Part shown: positions 17,787 to 27,004 of the stretch, piece by piece | How positions within the stretch are numbered: the first letter of the stretch is position 1 | How the letters are laid out: the number at the start of each line of letters is the position of its first letter | Assembly (NCBI GenBank): GCA_029547225.1 | Contig: JAKPPS010000052.1 | Coordinates: 1-63,219 of the forward strand | Direction: 5' to 3' | DNA: 63,219 nt | DNA from: a bacterium | GTDB taxonomy: Bacteria > Patescibacteriota > Dojkabacteria > SC72 > WJKH01 | Notes under the pieces: model-generated | What the model was told of the DNA's origin: nothing | Databases searched by the model: none | What the model saw: only the letters and a program-made list of their open reading frames with translations | Program-made: the position numbers and the translations under genes

Positions 17787-18488
17787 CTATTTCTTAGTAT
17801 TTTGACGCGATTGAGTAAGTTTTGTTGCAAGATTTTTTCTAAAAGCTTCTATCTCTTTGTGATTTCCATTTAACAACACATCTGGAACTTGCCAACCTTG
17901 ATAATCAGCTGGACGAGTCCATTGTGGATAATCCAACAATTCACCCTCGTATGATTCTAGCATTGGTGAAAGCTCATTACCTAATACCCCCGGTAATAAC
18001 CTAGTGATCCCATCAGCTAGAATAAGAGCAGGTAATTCTCCACCAGATAATACATACTTACCTATAGACATTTCAAAATCAATTAAATGCTCTCGCACCC
18101 TATCATCTACTCCTTCATAATGTCCGCAGATGATAATATAATGCTTATCTGTACTATCATATTTTTGTTTTTCGTTATCCCAACCTGCCAAGCTTCTAAA
18201 TGTATCTTGATCCAATATCTCTCCTGAAGCTGACATCAATATTACTTTACTATTTGGAGTCCTCAATTGATCTAATGCTTCTTTTATTGGAGTGACCTTA
18301 AGTATCATCCCTGCACCACCACCAAAAGGTCTATCGTCAACAGACTTATGCTTGTCATGAGTCCAATTGCGTAAATTATGAGCTTTGATATCAATAGCAC
18401 CAATATTCTGAGCAATACGCAAAACACCGACTGATGCAAAAGATTCTATCTGGTCAGGAAATATTGTTATAATATCAAACTTTATCAT
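17787..18488 (-). CDS. trmD: tRNA (guanine37-N1)-methyltransferase
   Basis: FDIITIFPD, DDRPFGGGAGMILK and CGHYEGVDDRV are TrmD signatures. Confidence 0.95.
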   Translation of the reverse strand: MIKFDIITIFPDQIESFASVGVLRIAQNIGAIDIKAHNLRNWTHDKHKSVDDRPFGGGAGMILKVTPIKEALDQLRTPNSKVILMSASGEILDQDTFRSLAGWDNEKQKYDSTDKHYIIICGHYEGVDDRVREHLIDFEMSIGKYVLSGGELPALILADGITRLLPGVLGNELSPMLESYEGELLDYPQWTRPADYQGWQVPDVLLNGNHKEIEAFRKNLATKLTQSRQNTKK

Positions 18489-18558
18489 TTTGAAGGGAAA
18501 GGATTATTTTAGAAACAGGACTATCCTCAGAATATACTTTTATTAAAATTTCTTTAAG

Positions 18559-18630
18559 TACCGCCACAGAGAATCGAACTCTGGTTACATGATTGAGAAT
18601 CATGAGTCCTAACCACTAGACGATGGCGGC
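18559..18630 (-). tRNA. tRNA-Glu (anticodon CUC), no encoded CCA
   Basis: Manual cloverleaf: acceptor GCCGCCA/TGGCGGT, D-arm GTCT-AGTGGTTA-GGAC, anticodon stem CATGA/TCATG with loop TTCTCAA, T-arm CAGAG-TTCGATT-CTCTG. Total 72 nt. Confidence 0.9.
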
Positions 18631-18820
18631 ATAAAATCGTATATTTACTAGAGTGTTAATATTGTAAGATATATCAAGCACGGATTCAAGTAGTAGGAAA
18701 ATGTCAAAATATGCTTACAATTCAATATTATAGCACAAATTGACTAATAAATCTAGATATTGTAATATTAAGTTACTGTTCATTTTTATTTGTATACGAA
18801 TTTCCCTAAATTATTAATTA

Positions 18821-19285
18821 ATGATTATGTCACAAAATAATGATATTCAATTGCTAACCAAAGAAGGTTATGATGAGCTTAAAAAAGAATTAGAATACAG
18901 GATCAACGAAAAGCGCAAAGAGATAAGCGTCTTACTCGGCCAAGCAAAAGATATGGGTGATCTTTCTGAGAATGAGAGTTATACTGCTATGACAGAAGAA
19001 ATGCATAATAACGAGTATCGTATCTTAGAATTACAGGCAATACTTGATAATAGTAAAATTGTTGAAAATTGTAACAAAAACAAAGTTTGTGTCGGAGCGA
19101 AAGTTACCGTTTTAATCGATGGTAAATCAGAGAAAACATTAGAAATAGTTGGTGAAGATCAAGCTGACCCGTTCGAAGATAAAATTTCTTACCTTTCACC
19201 TATTGGCTCTGCTCTCATGAAAAAGAAGGTCGGCGACAAAGTCGAAATTGTCGGAACCACATACGAAATTAAAAAGATCGTATAA
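18821..19285 (+). CDS. greA: Transcription elongation factor GreA (canonical)
   Basis: LTKEGYDELKKELEY...MGDLSENESY tip motif and ISYLSPIGSALMKKKVGDKVEI C-terminal domain. Confidence 0.9.
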   Translation: MIMSQNNDIQLLTKEGYDELKKELEYRINEKRKEISVLLGQAKDMGDLSENESYTAMTEEMHNNEYRILELQAILDNSKIVENCNKNKVCVGAKVTVLIDGKSEKTLEIVGEDQADPFEDKISYLSPIGSALMKKKVGDKVEIVGTTYEIKKIV

Positions 19286-19363
19286 ATCATCAATAACTAC
19301 AAAATCAGAAAAATAATCAATCTCCATCGTAATTATTGCTGGATTAAAATCATTAAGAAAAGA

Positions 19364-20077
19364 TTAATTGCTATAAATATGCGTTCCTGATTCAAATACC
19401 GAGCCCAATTCGTCGGCTGAATATATATTTTTACCGCCACTAATAAAGAAATCTACGCCTCTTTTATAACAAAATCTTGCACAAATTGCGTCAACAGGGA
19501 CATGAGCATTTTGTGTATGCGAAGGGTTATCACTATTTATACCGAACATGTCCATATATTTTTCCCAACTAATACTCTGAATTGGTTTTGCCTTTAAATT
19601 AATTGCGGGATCAGAATCATATACATGATCAATATTTGATAATTTATAGACTCGGTCTATTCCTAATACCTCAGCTGCCACAGCGCCATCCATATCTGTA
19701 CTCCAACCTACTTTCAATCCTCCAGTAATTATTGTTTTGACATTGTCCTCAACAAGTAGCTCAAAGAAATGACCTAATGTACTTGGTGATTTAGTCTCCC
19801 TATCAGAAAGAAGTGCATTCACTACAAAAGCATTTGTATTTGTAGCTGACATGTTCATTTGATGAAGATTATGCTGAACATCTGTGTATTCTGACATCTG
19901 CTGGCTTAAAGTTCTTGAAAGCTTACCTCCACCGACAAGTATAACAATCTTACTATAATTTTCCTTATTTTTTTCGTACCAATTTTTGAATTTTTCTAAA
20001 AATGGAGTGTTTAACTCTATGCCTTCACGATACATGAGAGAACCGCCTATTCTAATTACAATTTTTTTATCTGACAT
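19364..20077 (-). CDS. Amino-acid-kinase fold protein, archaeal-type UMP kinase-like
   Basis: IRIGGSLM, VILVGGGKLSR, TGGLKVGWSTDMDGAVAAEVLG and NIDHVYDSDP follow the layout of short PyrH-type kinases. Confidence 0.65.
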   Translation of the reverse strand: MSDKKIVIRIGGSLMYREGIELNTPFLEKFKNWYEKNKENYSKIVILVGGGKLSRTLSQQMSEYTDVQHNLHQMNMSATNTNAFVVNALLSDRETKSPSTLGHFFELLVEDNVKTIITGGLKVGWSTDMDGAVAAEVLGIDRVYKLSNIDHVYDSDPAINLKAKPIQSISWEKYMDMFGINSDNPSHTQNAHVPVDAICARFCYKRGVDFFISGGKNIYSADELGSVFESGTHIYSN

Positions 20078-20098
20078 CTTTTATAAAAACAAATTTAT

Positions 20099-20866
20099 TT
20101 AAAGAATTATTACTATCGCCATAAGAGCAAATAATATTGGTGGCAAATACCCACTAAAATGCCTTTCCCCTGATAACCTGATATGCCAGAATGACAATAA
20201 CATATAAAAAACAAGTACAATTGCAAACGGATACACAAAGAAATTTAATACTCTCGCAAAATACGCTACCAAACCGACAATAAAAGCAAATATTAGCGCT
20301 ATAAATAATCCAGTAGTCGTATACTGTTGAGAAATACTTAATGCAGAGATTAATAGCAACAGGACAGCTAATCCAGTAATTAGCGAAATTGTCTGATATG
20401 TAAATAATCCGGAATACTGCATCCCGCTAACGATGCAAAATATAAACACAATATTTATTAGATCAAAGATCACTCTCGTATTCTTCTCAATAGAATACTG
20501 CTTGAGATAAGAGCTTTTAATGTTAGTAAAAAGTATAAAGAGACAAATCACACCTATTAATATTATAAACTGCTTATAAAAATCATTACTAACAAAGAAA
20601 AGATAGAGAGATACCGAAGAAAAAAAGATCGAAGGTATAAATATGTAACTTATCCACCTCTGCTTTATCTGCATTTTTATCATTGTTTCAGAATATTGAG
20701 ATATCTTTCTTGTAGAGTATTTCGACAATGTTGTGATACACCATACAAGGACTAATACTAGACCTAGCCCATACATATAAATATGGAAGGAATTATCAGA
20801 AAACGATGATATTTCCCACAGTACGAATATCATAATTGTATAAACAAGTTCCTTTCTAAATGACAT
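20099..20866 (-). CDS. Polytopic membrane protein, hypothetical
   Basis: About 7 hydrophobic helices. It overlaps the upstream CAP-domain gene by 11 nt, which suggests co-transcription. Confidence 0.55.
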   Translation of the reverse strand: MSFRKELVYTIMIFVLWEISSFSDNSFHIYMYGLGLVLVLVWCITTLSKYSTRKISQYSETMIKMQIKQRWISYIFIPSIFFSSVSLYLFFVSNDFYKQFIILIGVICLFILFTNIKSSYLKQYSIEKNTRVIFDLINIVFIFCIVSGMQYSGLFTYQTISLITGLAVLLLLISALSISQQYTTTGLFIALIFAFIVGLVAYFARVLNFFVYPFAIVLVFYMLLSFWHIRLSGERHFSGYLPPILFALMAIVIIL

Positions 20867-22247
20867 TTCCTGTAAATCCCCAAATTAAACCTGAAACCAA
20901 TAAAAACCACCAAACTCCGACAAAAAGTAATGAGTATGATCTCTGAGCTAGTTTACCCATTTTTGCATAGTACTTAATCTCAATAATCATTAATACCATA
21001 ACTAACAATGCTATTGCGAAACCTACGATATCCTTGAAAGAATATTTTGTAAGAAGATTATCTTGAATAAAATTTACTAAAGTATTCTGCTCTGCTGTAT
21101 TTTCAGCCTTTGCAACAGAACTTAATATATTCGTTATATCTTTTTCAATACTATTACCATAAGCATCAGTTGCAATTATGGTTGCTGTTTTAACGTTCTT
21201 AGGTATCGTCACTGAATACATACCAGTTTTATTAATATTCATAACATAGCTTTTGCTACCAGCGCTCAGCAATATTTCTGGAGATTGCTCCGCTGTAGCA
21301 ACACTTATTTCAATATTTTTACCAAGAACGCTTGCAACAATTGCATCATCTGAAATTTCAGGAGGAGTTGTATCGACAATAAAATCGACTTGATCAAAAA
21401 TATCTTTGTTATTATCGGATGTCGCTTTAACTGTATTATTTCCTTCTGTCCAATCTCGATTTCCTATGTATTGCCATTTTCCATCGTCTCCGATAGAAAC
21501 ATTACCCAATGGTGATTGATTATTTTCAAGCACTAAAGTGCCTGCCTGCCCATCAGCGCTACCTTCGATACGTAGTCGGCTCTCATTAATCACCTGATTA
21601 TCCAAAGGATATGAGATTTTTATACTCTTGATCTCTCCACTCTCTTTGATTTGTTGAATCTTTTGACCACTTACTGACATTGGAGCTTCAACCACTTCAG
21701 ATGTGATATTACCAAACATTTGTACTACTAAAATAACATCTTCACCCAACAAATTTCCATTAACTACTGCGATGCCGATATCTTGGTAATTTCCACTTAT
21801 GATATTCTCTCTATGTGTTGGGCTTGCCATCCATGCCTGATGCAATCCCTCTGCAGTCTGAAAGCCTTTTGCTAAATTTTCGCCGGCAAAAACATATTCA
21901 TATTGAGCATCATCAATAAACTGCCATGGAGTTTGTCCATCTGGTCCAAAATGATCCCAATATTGATTAGCTAACATATCGTTTGCTTTTGCATATGCCG
22001 CGGAAGTGAGTTTAGCATTAGCTTTAAGCTCATTTAAATCATAATTTCTACGCTCTGAATTAGTGTATTCGATAAGCTTATCTGCAGTTATTGAACTGGC
22101 ATAAGCCTTCTGCTGTAATCCAGGAACATATAAAGGTATGAAATTTGAGATTAGGATCAAAAATGTATAAAAAAGCAATGCCACCTTACGTAAAAGATAT
22201 GGTTGATATTTATTTTTTTCATGTGGTATAAAAAGCAGTTTGAGCAT
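20856..22247 (-). CDS. CAP/SCP (YkwD-like) domain protein with Ig-like region and C-terminal TM helices
   Basis: NSERRNYDLNELKANAKL..., GENLAKGF, HQAWMASPTHRENII and YQDIGIAVV are CAP-domain motifs. There is an N-terminal anchor and two C-terminal helices. Confidence 0.75.
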   Translation of the reverse strand: MLKLLFIPHEKNKYQPYLLRKVALLFYTFLILISNFIPLYVPGLQQKAYASSITADKLIEYTNSERRNYDLNELKANAKLTSAAYAKANDMLANQYWDHFGPDGQTPWQFIDDAQYEYVFAGENLAKGFQTAEGLHQAWMASPTHRENIISGNYQDIGIAVVNGNLLGEDVILVVQMFGNITSEVVEAPMSVSGQKIQQIKESGEIKSIKISYPLDNQVINESRLRIEGSADGQAGTLVLENNQSPLGNVSIGDDGKWQYIGNRDWTEGNNTVKATSDNNKDIFDQVDFIVDTTPPEISDDAIVASVLGKNIEISVATAEQSPEILLSAGSKSYVMNINKTGMYSVTIPKNVKTATIIATDAYGNSIEKDITNILSSVAKAENTAEQNTLVNFIQDNLLTKYSFKDIVGFAIALLVMVLMIIEIKYYAKMGKLAQRSYSLLFVGVWWFLLVSGLIWGFTGNVI

Positions 22248-22441
22248 TGTTATAGTATATGAAATTGTTTGATAGTATGCAAATATAAGATTGGGTTAAT
22301 CACATGTTTATTGCACGACGATATTAATTAGTAAAAATATTTCTTACTAAGTCCTGTGAATGAGCTATTTGTACTGTATGCCTACGGTTTGTAATGGTGT
22401 CGGCCTATGTAGAATATTAGCGCATGGTTATAAAAATATAT

Positions 22442-22487
22442 AAAAACATAGCTCCCGGCTTAAGTATTTAACTTAAACTTGGGGAGC
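22442..22487 (-). terminator. Putative rho-independent terminator after hup
   Basis: The outer stem gctccc/gggagc with inner cttaagt/acttaag pairing (22451-22487) is followed on the minus strand by a T-rich tract. Confidence 0.45.
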
Positions 22488-22515
22488 CATGCTATATACA
22501 AAGTAAAAACTTCTA

Positions 22516-22788
22516 TTACTTTACAGCAACTTTCAAAGCTTTACCTGCTTTAAATGCAGGAACTTTTGATTTTGGCAAAGTAATCTTTTGCAAAGTCTTT
22601 GGATTGATACCAGGTCTTGATTTCCTCTCTCTTACTTCGAATTTACCGAAGCCGGTTAGAAGAACATGATCACCTTTTTTAAGGGCACCTGTAATTGCAT
22701 CCAAGATAGCATCTACTGCAGTACCTGCAGCTCTTTTTGTAAGACCTGCTTTATCAGCAACGATCTCGATTAATTCTTTCTTGAGCAT
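22516..22788 (-). CDS. hup: HU family DNA-binding protein
   Basis: MLKKELIEIVADKAGLTKRAA...GFGKFEVRERKSRPGINPKT is HU/IHF-like. I chose the internal ATG at 22788 because GGAGG lies 8 nt upstream. The track ORF extends to 22851. Confidence 0.9.
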   Translation of the reverse strand: MLKKELIEIVADKAGLTKRAAGTAVDAILDAITGALKKGDHVLLTGFGKFEVRERKSRPGINPKTLQKITLPKSKVPAFKAGKALKVAVK

Positions 22789-22933
22789 ATTATTGTCCTC
22801 CTTTCCTAGAGATAGAGTAATAATTGTTACTCTATCAATAAAATAATGCATATTAAAAGAAATGTCAAGCTATCAAGCTAAAATAAAGATATAGGCTAAA
22901 AGTTACGGATTAGCAATATAAAAAGCATAGTAC

Positions 22934-23722
22934 CTAAACTATAAGGTTGATTCTTTTTATGCTTTTTGCTGATTTTGAGGAATCAATATCTAGTAAAACT
23001 GCGTCAAATCTTCTTTTACCGTCTTCCACTATCTCATAAGCAGGAGAATATGGATACATATTTTGTTGGAAAATGATCTCTGGCTTGACCCATAATACTG
23101 ATTCATATGGGCCCACCATACCGACATCATTAATATATGCGGTACCATTTTTCATAATTCTCTCATCTGCAGTGGGAATATGAGTGTGCGTACCCAATAC
23201 GGCACTTACTTGTCCATCTAAAAAGAAACCTAACGCCAATTTCTCTGATGTCGCTTCTGCATGAAAATCAACAATAATAGCTGAATAGTCATCATGGTTA
23301 ATACCATTTAGGAAGGCCTGAATGGCCCTAAAAGGCTCAGTGATGGTACGCTCCTGCATGAACGCCCAACCCATAAGATGAATAACAAGAACCTTACCAA
23401 GAGCCCCCAAATCAATTTCTCCATATCCCTTACCCGGAAGATCATCAGGATAATTTAATGCCCTTATGATTGGATAATCTCCATTGAGTAATTCGTTGAA
23501 ATCTGGTCTGCGCCAAATATGATTACCAGCAGTCATAAAATCTATACCTGCGGACATAACTTCATTTACAGTGTCAACAGTTGCTCCACGGCCATGTGCG
23601 ATATTCTCAATATTAGTGATAACTAAGTCAATACCCTCTTTTTTTCGGAGATCTGGTACAACATTTTTTAACGCTTCTCTACCGGCTTTACCACATACAT
23701 CTCCAATAAATAGTACTTTCAT
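22934..23722 (-). CDS. ymdB: YmdB-family metallophosphoesterase (2',3'-cyclic-nucleotide phosphodiesterase-like)
   Basis: MKVLFIGDVCGKAGREAL, NIENIAHGRG, GNHIW and GTHTHIPT motifs. It lies directly downstream of rny, as in Bacillus. Confidence 0.9.
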   Translation of the reverse strand: MKVLFIGDVCGKAGREALKNVVPDLRKKEGIDLVITNIENIAHGRGATVDTVNEVMSAGIDFMTAGNHIWRRPDFNELLNGDYPIIRALNYPDDLPGKGYGEIDLGALGKVLVIHLMGWAFMQERTITEPFRAIQAFLNGINHDDYSAIIVDFHAEATSEKLALGFFLDGQVSAVLGTHTHIPTADERIMKNGTAYINDVGMVGPYESVLWVKPEIIFQQNMYPYSPAYEIVEDGKRRFDAVLLDIDSSKSAKSIKRINLIV

Positions 23723-23784
23723 TTTTTCTAAAATGTTAATTTATCACCAATAATATATTAATATAAAACGCCGCTTTATTAAGC

Positions 23785-25317
23785 TTAACTCGCCATTTCA
23801 ATTGCTCGTTTTTCACGAATTACTGTAACCTGTACAGTACCTGGGTAAGTTTGAGTTTTCTGGATACCATCTGCTATCTCTTTCGCCATAACGACGATAT
23901 CATCATCTGTAGTAGCTAAAGGTTTTACTATTACTCGTACTTCTCTACCAGCATGAATAGCGTAAACTTCTTCTAATTTGTCTCCACCTACCTCTTTAGC
24001 AATTTTTTCAATCCCCTCTACCCTTTTGATATAACTTTCATAATTATCCTTACGAGCTCCTGGTCTAGCACCTGAAATTGCATCAGCGAGATAAACAACA
24101 ACTGCTTCAACTGAAGTTGGTTCTATATCTAAGTGGTGAGCTTCAATTGCATTTACAAGATTATCTGGGAGATTAAACTTACGAGCAATCTGTCCAGAAA
24201 TATGATGATGAGGTCCCTCAACTTTATGAGTTAAAACCTTACCAATATCATGTAACAAACAAGCTCGCTTTACAAGATCCATATCCGCGCCTAATTCTGC
24301 AGCGATAGCAGAACCTATACGGATAACTTCAACAGTATGACGCATCAAAGATTGTCCATAGCTTGAACGATATTTCATCTTACCAAGTAGCTTTATCAAT
24401 TCTGGGTCTATACCTGGCCAACCTGCCTCTTCAGCTAGGACTAGTCCATTTTTCTTAATCTCAGTTGCTATTTCATTTTTAGCTTTACGAACTTCATCTT
24501 CAATAGCACCCGGATGTATACGACCATCAGAGATAAGTTTAAGCATAGATACCCTAGCTATCTCTCTACGAAGTGGATCAAACGAAGATAAGCCAATTTC
24601 TGTTGGAGATTCATCAACGATTAAATCAACACCTGTAGCTTTTTCAAATGATCTTATATTACGACCATCTTTACCAATAATCCTACCTTTAATCTTCTCG
24701 TCTTCGAGTTTGATAGTTGCAGTCGTTGTTTCACCAACATAATCTGTAGATATTTTCTGCATTGCTTGAACTAAAATATATTTTGCTTTTTCATCAGACT
24801 CAGCTTCAACCTCTTTTTCAACTTCACGAATCTTCTTAGCTTTATAATTTTTTAAGTCTTCATCTATTTCATTGATAAGTTGTTGTCGAGCTTCATCTCG
24901 AGTTAGCTGAGAAATACGCTCTAATTCGGTTTTTAATTTTGTACGATTCTTTTCCAATAACTCTTGGACTTTTTTATTGTTCTCAATTTCTAATTCTAAA
25001 TCTTGAGCTCTTTTATCAAGTAATGCCGACCTTTTATTAAATGACTGCTCTCTTTCAACCATCAATGCTTCCTGCTCAGTAATTTCTTTACGAGTTTTTC
25101 GAGCATATTCTTCAGCTTGATCACGAATTTCTTGTGCCTCACTCTGAGCTTTTGTTATGCGTTCCTGAGCTTTTTCACTAGCTAATCGGATAGCCTCATC
25201 CTCAGAAATACTTGGTGTATTTGTTTTTGGGGCTTTTGATTTTTGTACAAAATATACTATCGCACCTGCTAAACCTGCAGATAGTACTGCGACTATAATA
25301 AAAATAAAAATATCCAT
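23785..25317 (-). CDS. rny: Ribonuclease Y
   Basis: N-terminal TM helix, long coiled coil, KH domain (GRIIGKDGRNIRSFE) and HD domain (LLHDIGK...HH). Confidence 0.95.
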   Translation of the reverse strand: MDIFIFIIVAVLSAGLAGAIVYFVQKSKAPKTNTPSISEDEAIRLASEKAQERITKAQSEAQEIRDQAEEYARKTRKEITEQEALMVEREQSFNKRSALLDKRAQDLELEIENNKKVQELLEKNRTKLKTELERISQLTRDEARQQLINEIDEDLKNYKAKKIREVEKEVEAESDEKAKYILVQAMQKISTDYVGETTTATIKLEDEKIKGRIIGKDGRNIRSFEKATGVDLIVDESPTEIGLSSFDPLRREIARVSMLKLISDGRIHPGAIEDEVRKAKNEIATEIKKNGLVLAEEAGWPGIDPELIKLLGKMKYRSSYGQSLMRHTVEVIRIGSAIAAELGADMDLVKRACLLHDIGKVLTHKVEGPHHHISGQIARKFNLPDNLVNAIEAHHLDIEPTSVEAVVVYLADAISGARPGARKDNYESYIKRVEGIEKIAKEVGGDKLEEVYAIHAGREVRVIVKPLATTDDDIVVMAKEIADGIQKTQTYPGTVQVTVIREKRAIEMAS

Positions 25318-25774
25318 TGCATTAAAAATATAACAATTAAAATCTTGAGGGAATTACAAAAATTTCTGCGTAATACAGAATATTTAAACTTTTATGTTTT
25401 GTGCGATATACAAATACTTACAGCTTTCGAGCTGTTTTAATGGATTGATAGTATTATTCAATAATGAGTTCATAATATTTTTATCAAAAATTTCCATAAT
25501 CAAAAAAACAATTTCGTTTAAACAGTAGTAATCCCTACTCTTTTACATGATATCATTTTTTATACCTTTGAGCAAGGTTGGATATTGAATAAGACAGAAT
25601 AACCGAAAGTACTTTTTAATGATTCTACACGATTTTTGATATTTTAGATCAAATAGCGTATCACATAAATCCATATACAATATCCTAATAAATGCGGATA
25701 TCCATTTTATGAAAGACCAGAAGCCATACGGTCTGGGTTTCAAGTTTGGAACTGTAAAATTTATCTTAAGAATA

Positions 25775-26875
25775 TTAATTACCTTCTATGCTATTTTGCG
25801 CATTTTTTGTTATTAAATCATATATTTTATCCATGTAACCAAGAAATTCTTGAGCTGTTATGTCTTCATCCATAATTATGAGCCAATAGGAATACAATGC
25901 CGCCAATTGTTCATCAGGACTATCACTTCTCAACATATTAACTAAATAAGGGTCTGGCTTATTGTGTAGAAAATAGTGTACTAATCTGGGCAGAAATCCT
26001 CTTGGATCAACAGAAGAAAAATCACCATTCGCTTCGTCGAGATATCCCCTAAAATATCCATCGCTATTAATATATAATCTAATATTATGTAATCCTGATA
26101 AACTAGGATTTGTTACTTCTGGATCACTATCTTTAATCATTGCTATTATCTGTATGAGTACGGCGGGCAATTCTCGATAACCAGTGACTTCTATCGTATC
26201 CTCGCCATCAATACTTACTAGAACAGGTCTATAATATGTAGGGTTTCTAAAAAGATCTCGCAAATTTGTATCTTCAAGATGAAAAGTGATTCCCAATTTT
26301 GATCGACCTTGAGGACGAGGATTAGCAGATTGCTGTGCGATATGAGTTAATTCGTGTAAAGCGGTTTCTTTAGGTTCTTTTACCAATGCGGAATTAAAAT
26401 ATACTGTTCGGTCATCAGTTTCATTATAGACCCAAGCAATTTGATCAACAGAGGGTAAATATGACGTCACCGCTCGAATTTCACCAACTACTGGGAAACC
26501 ACATTCCATTAAACTTTCTTGAGCACGAATAACTGCCGCTGTAGCATCCGCATTAGTAATATGTGGCGGATTACTAACTCTTTGGACAACAGATAAAATA
26601 TTGGCAATAATTAAAATCGAACATAATAGTAATTCTCTACCTTTCGCAGAATGAAGAATATCATTAGAAGGAAATAATCTTTGAAAAAATCTCTTCACAC
26701 TTTCCAATGGAAGAATTTCATCATTTGGTGCAGCTTGAACATTTCCCTCGGTAGGATATTTTGGTTCATCAAATATCAAATTATTTTTTTGGGGGAACGT
26801 GCTCACACTAGAGTCTGGAGGAGTAAATTGTGATTTCCTAAGTAAAAATGCACTTTCCCAGATATGCGATTGCAT
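25775..26875 (-). CDS. Membrane-anchored hypothetical protein with HExxH (HELTH) zincin-like motif
   Basis: Hydrophobic segment ELLLCSILIIANILSVV near residue 90. KETALHELTHIAQQ motif. It lies 129 nt downstream of the giant-paralog array on the same strand. Confidence 0.55.
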   Translation of the reverse strand: MQSHIWESAFLLRKSQFTPPDSSVSTFPQKNNLIFDEPKYPTEGNVQAAPNDEILPLESVKRFFQRLFPSNDILHSAKGRELLLCSILIIANILSVVQRVSNPPHITNADATAAVIRAQESLMECGFPVVGEIRAVTSYLPSVDQIAWVYNETDDRTVYFNSALVKEPKETALHELTHIAQQSANPRPQGRSKLGITFHLEDTNLRDLFRNPTYYRPVLVSIDGEDTIEVTGYRELPAVLIQIIAMIKDSDPEVTNPSLSGLHNIRLYINSDGYFRGYLDEANGDFSSVDPRGFLPRLVHYFLHNKPDPYLVNMLRSDSPDEQLAALYSYWLIIMDEDITAQEFLGYMDKIYDLITKNAQNSIEGN

Positions 26876-27004
26876 ATTTAATTATATCATTTTTTAGAAC
26901 AATTTACTATGGGACACAGAATGAAGTTGTTAAGATTTTATTAACCTCACGACAAGAAACACATTATTGAGCTGCTAATTCGTAAGTATTAACTAATGAT
27001 ATTA

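Noticed and set aside
25543-25743. 66-aa ORF in the rny upstream region
   Set aside because: It has no ribosome-binding site or recognisable motif, and its composition is typical of AT-rich intergenic sequence. More likely this region holds the rny promoter/leader and the 3' end of the HELTH gene transcript.
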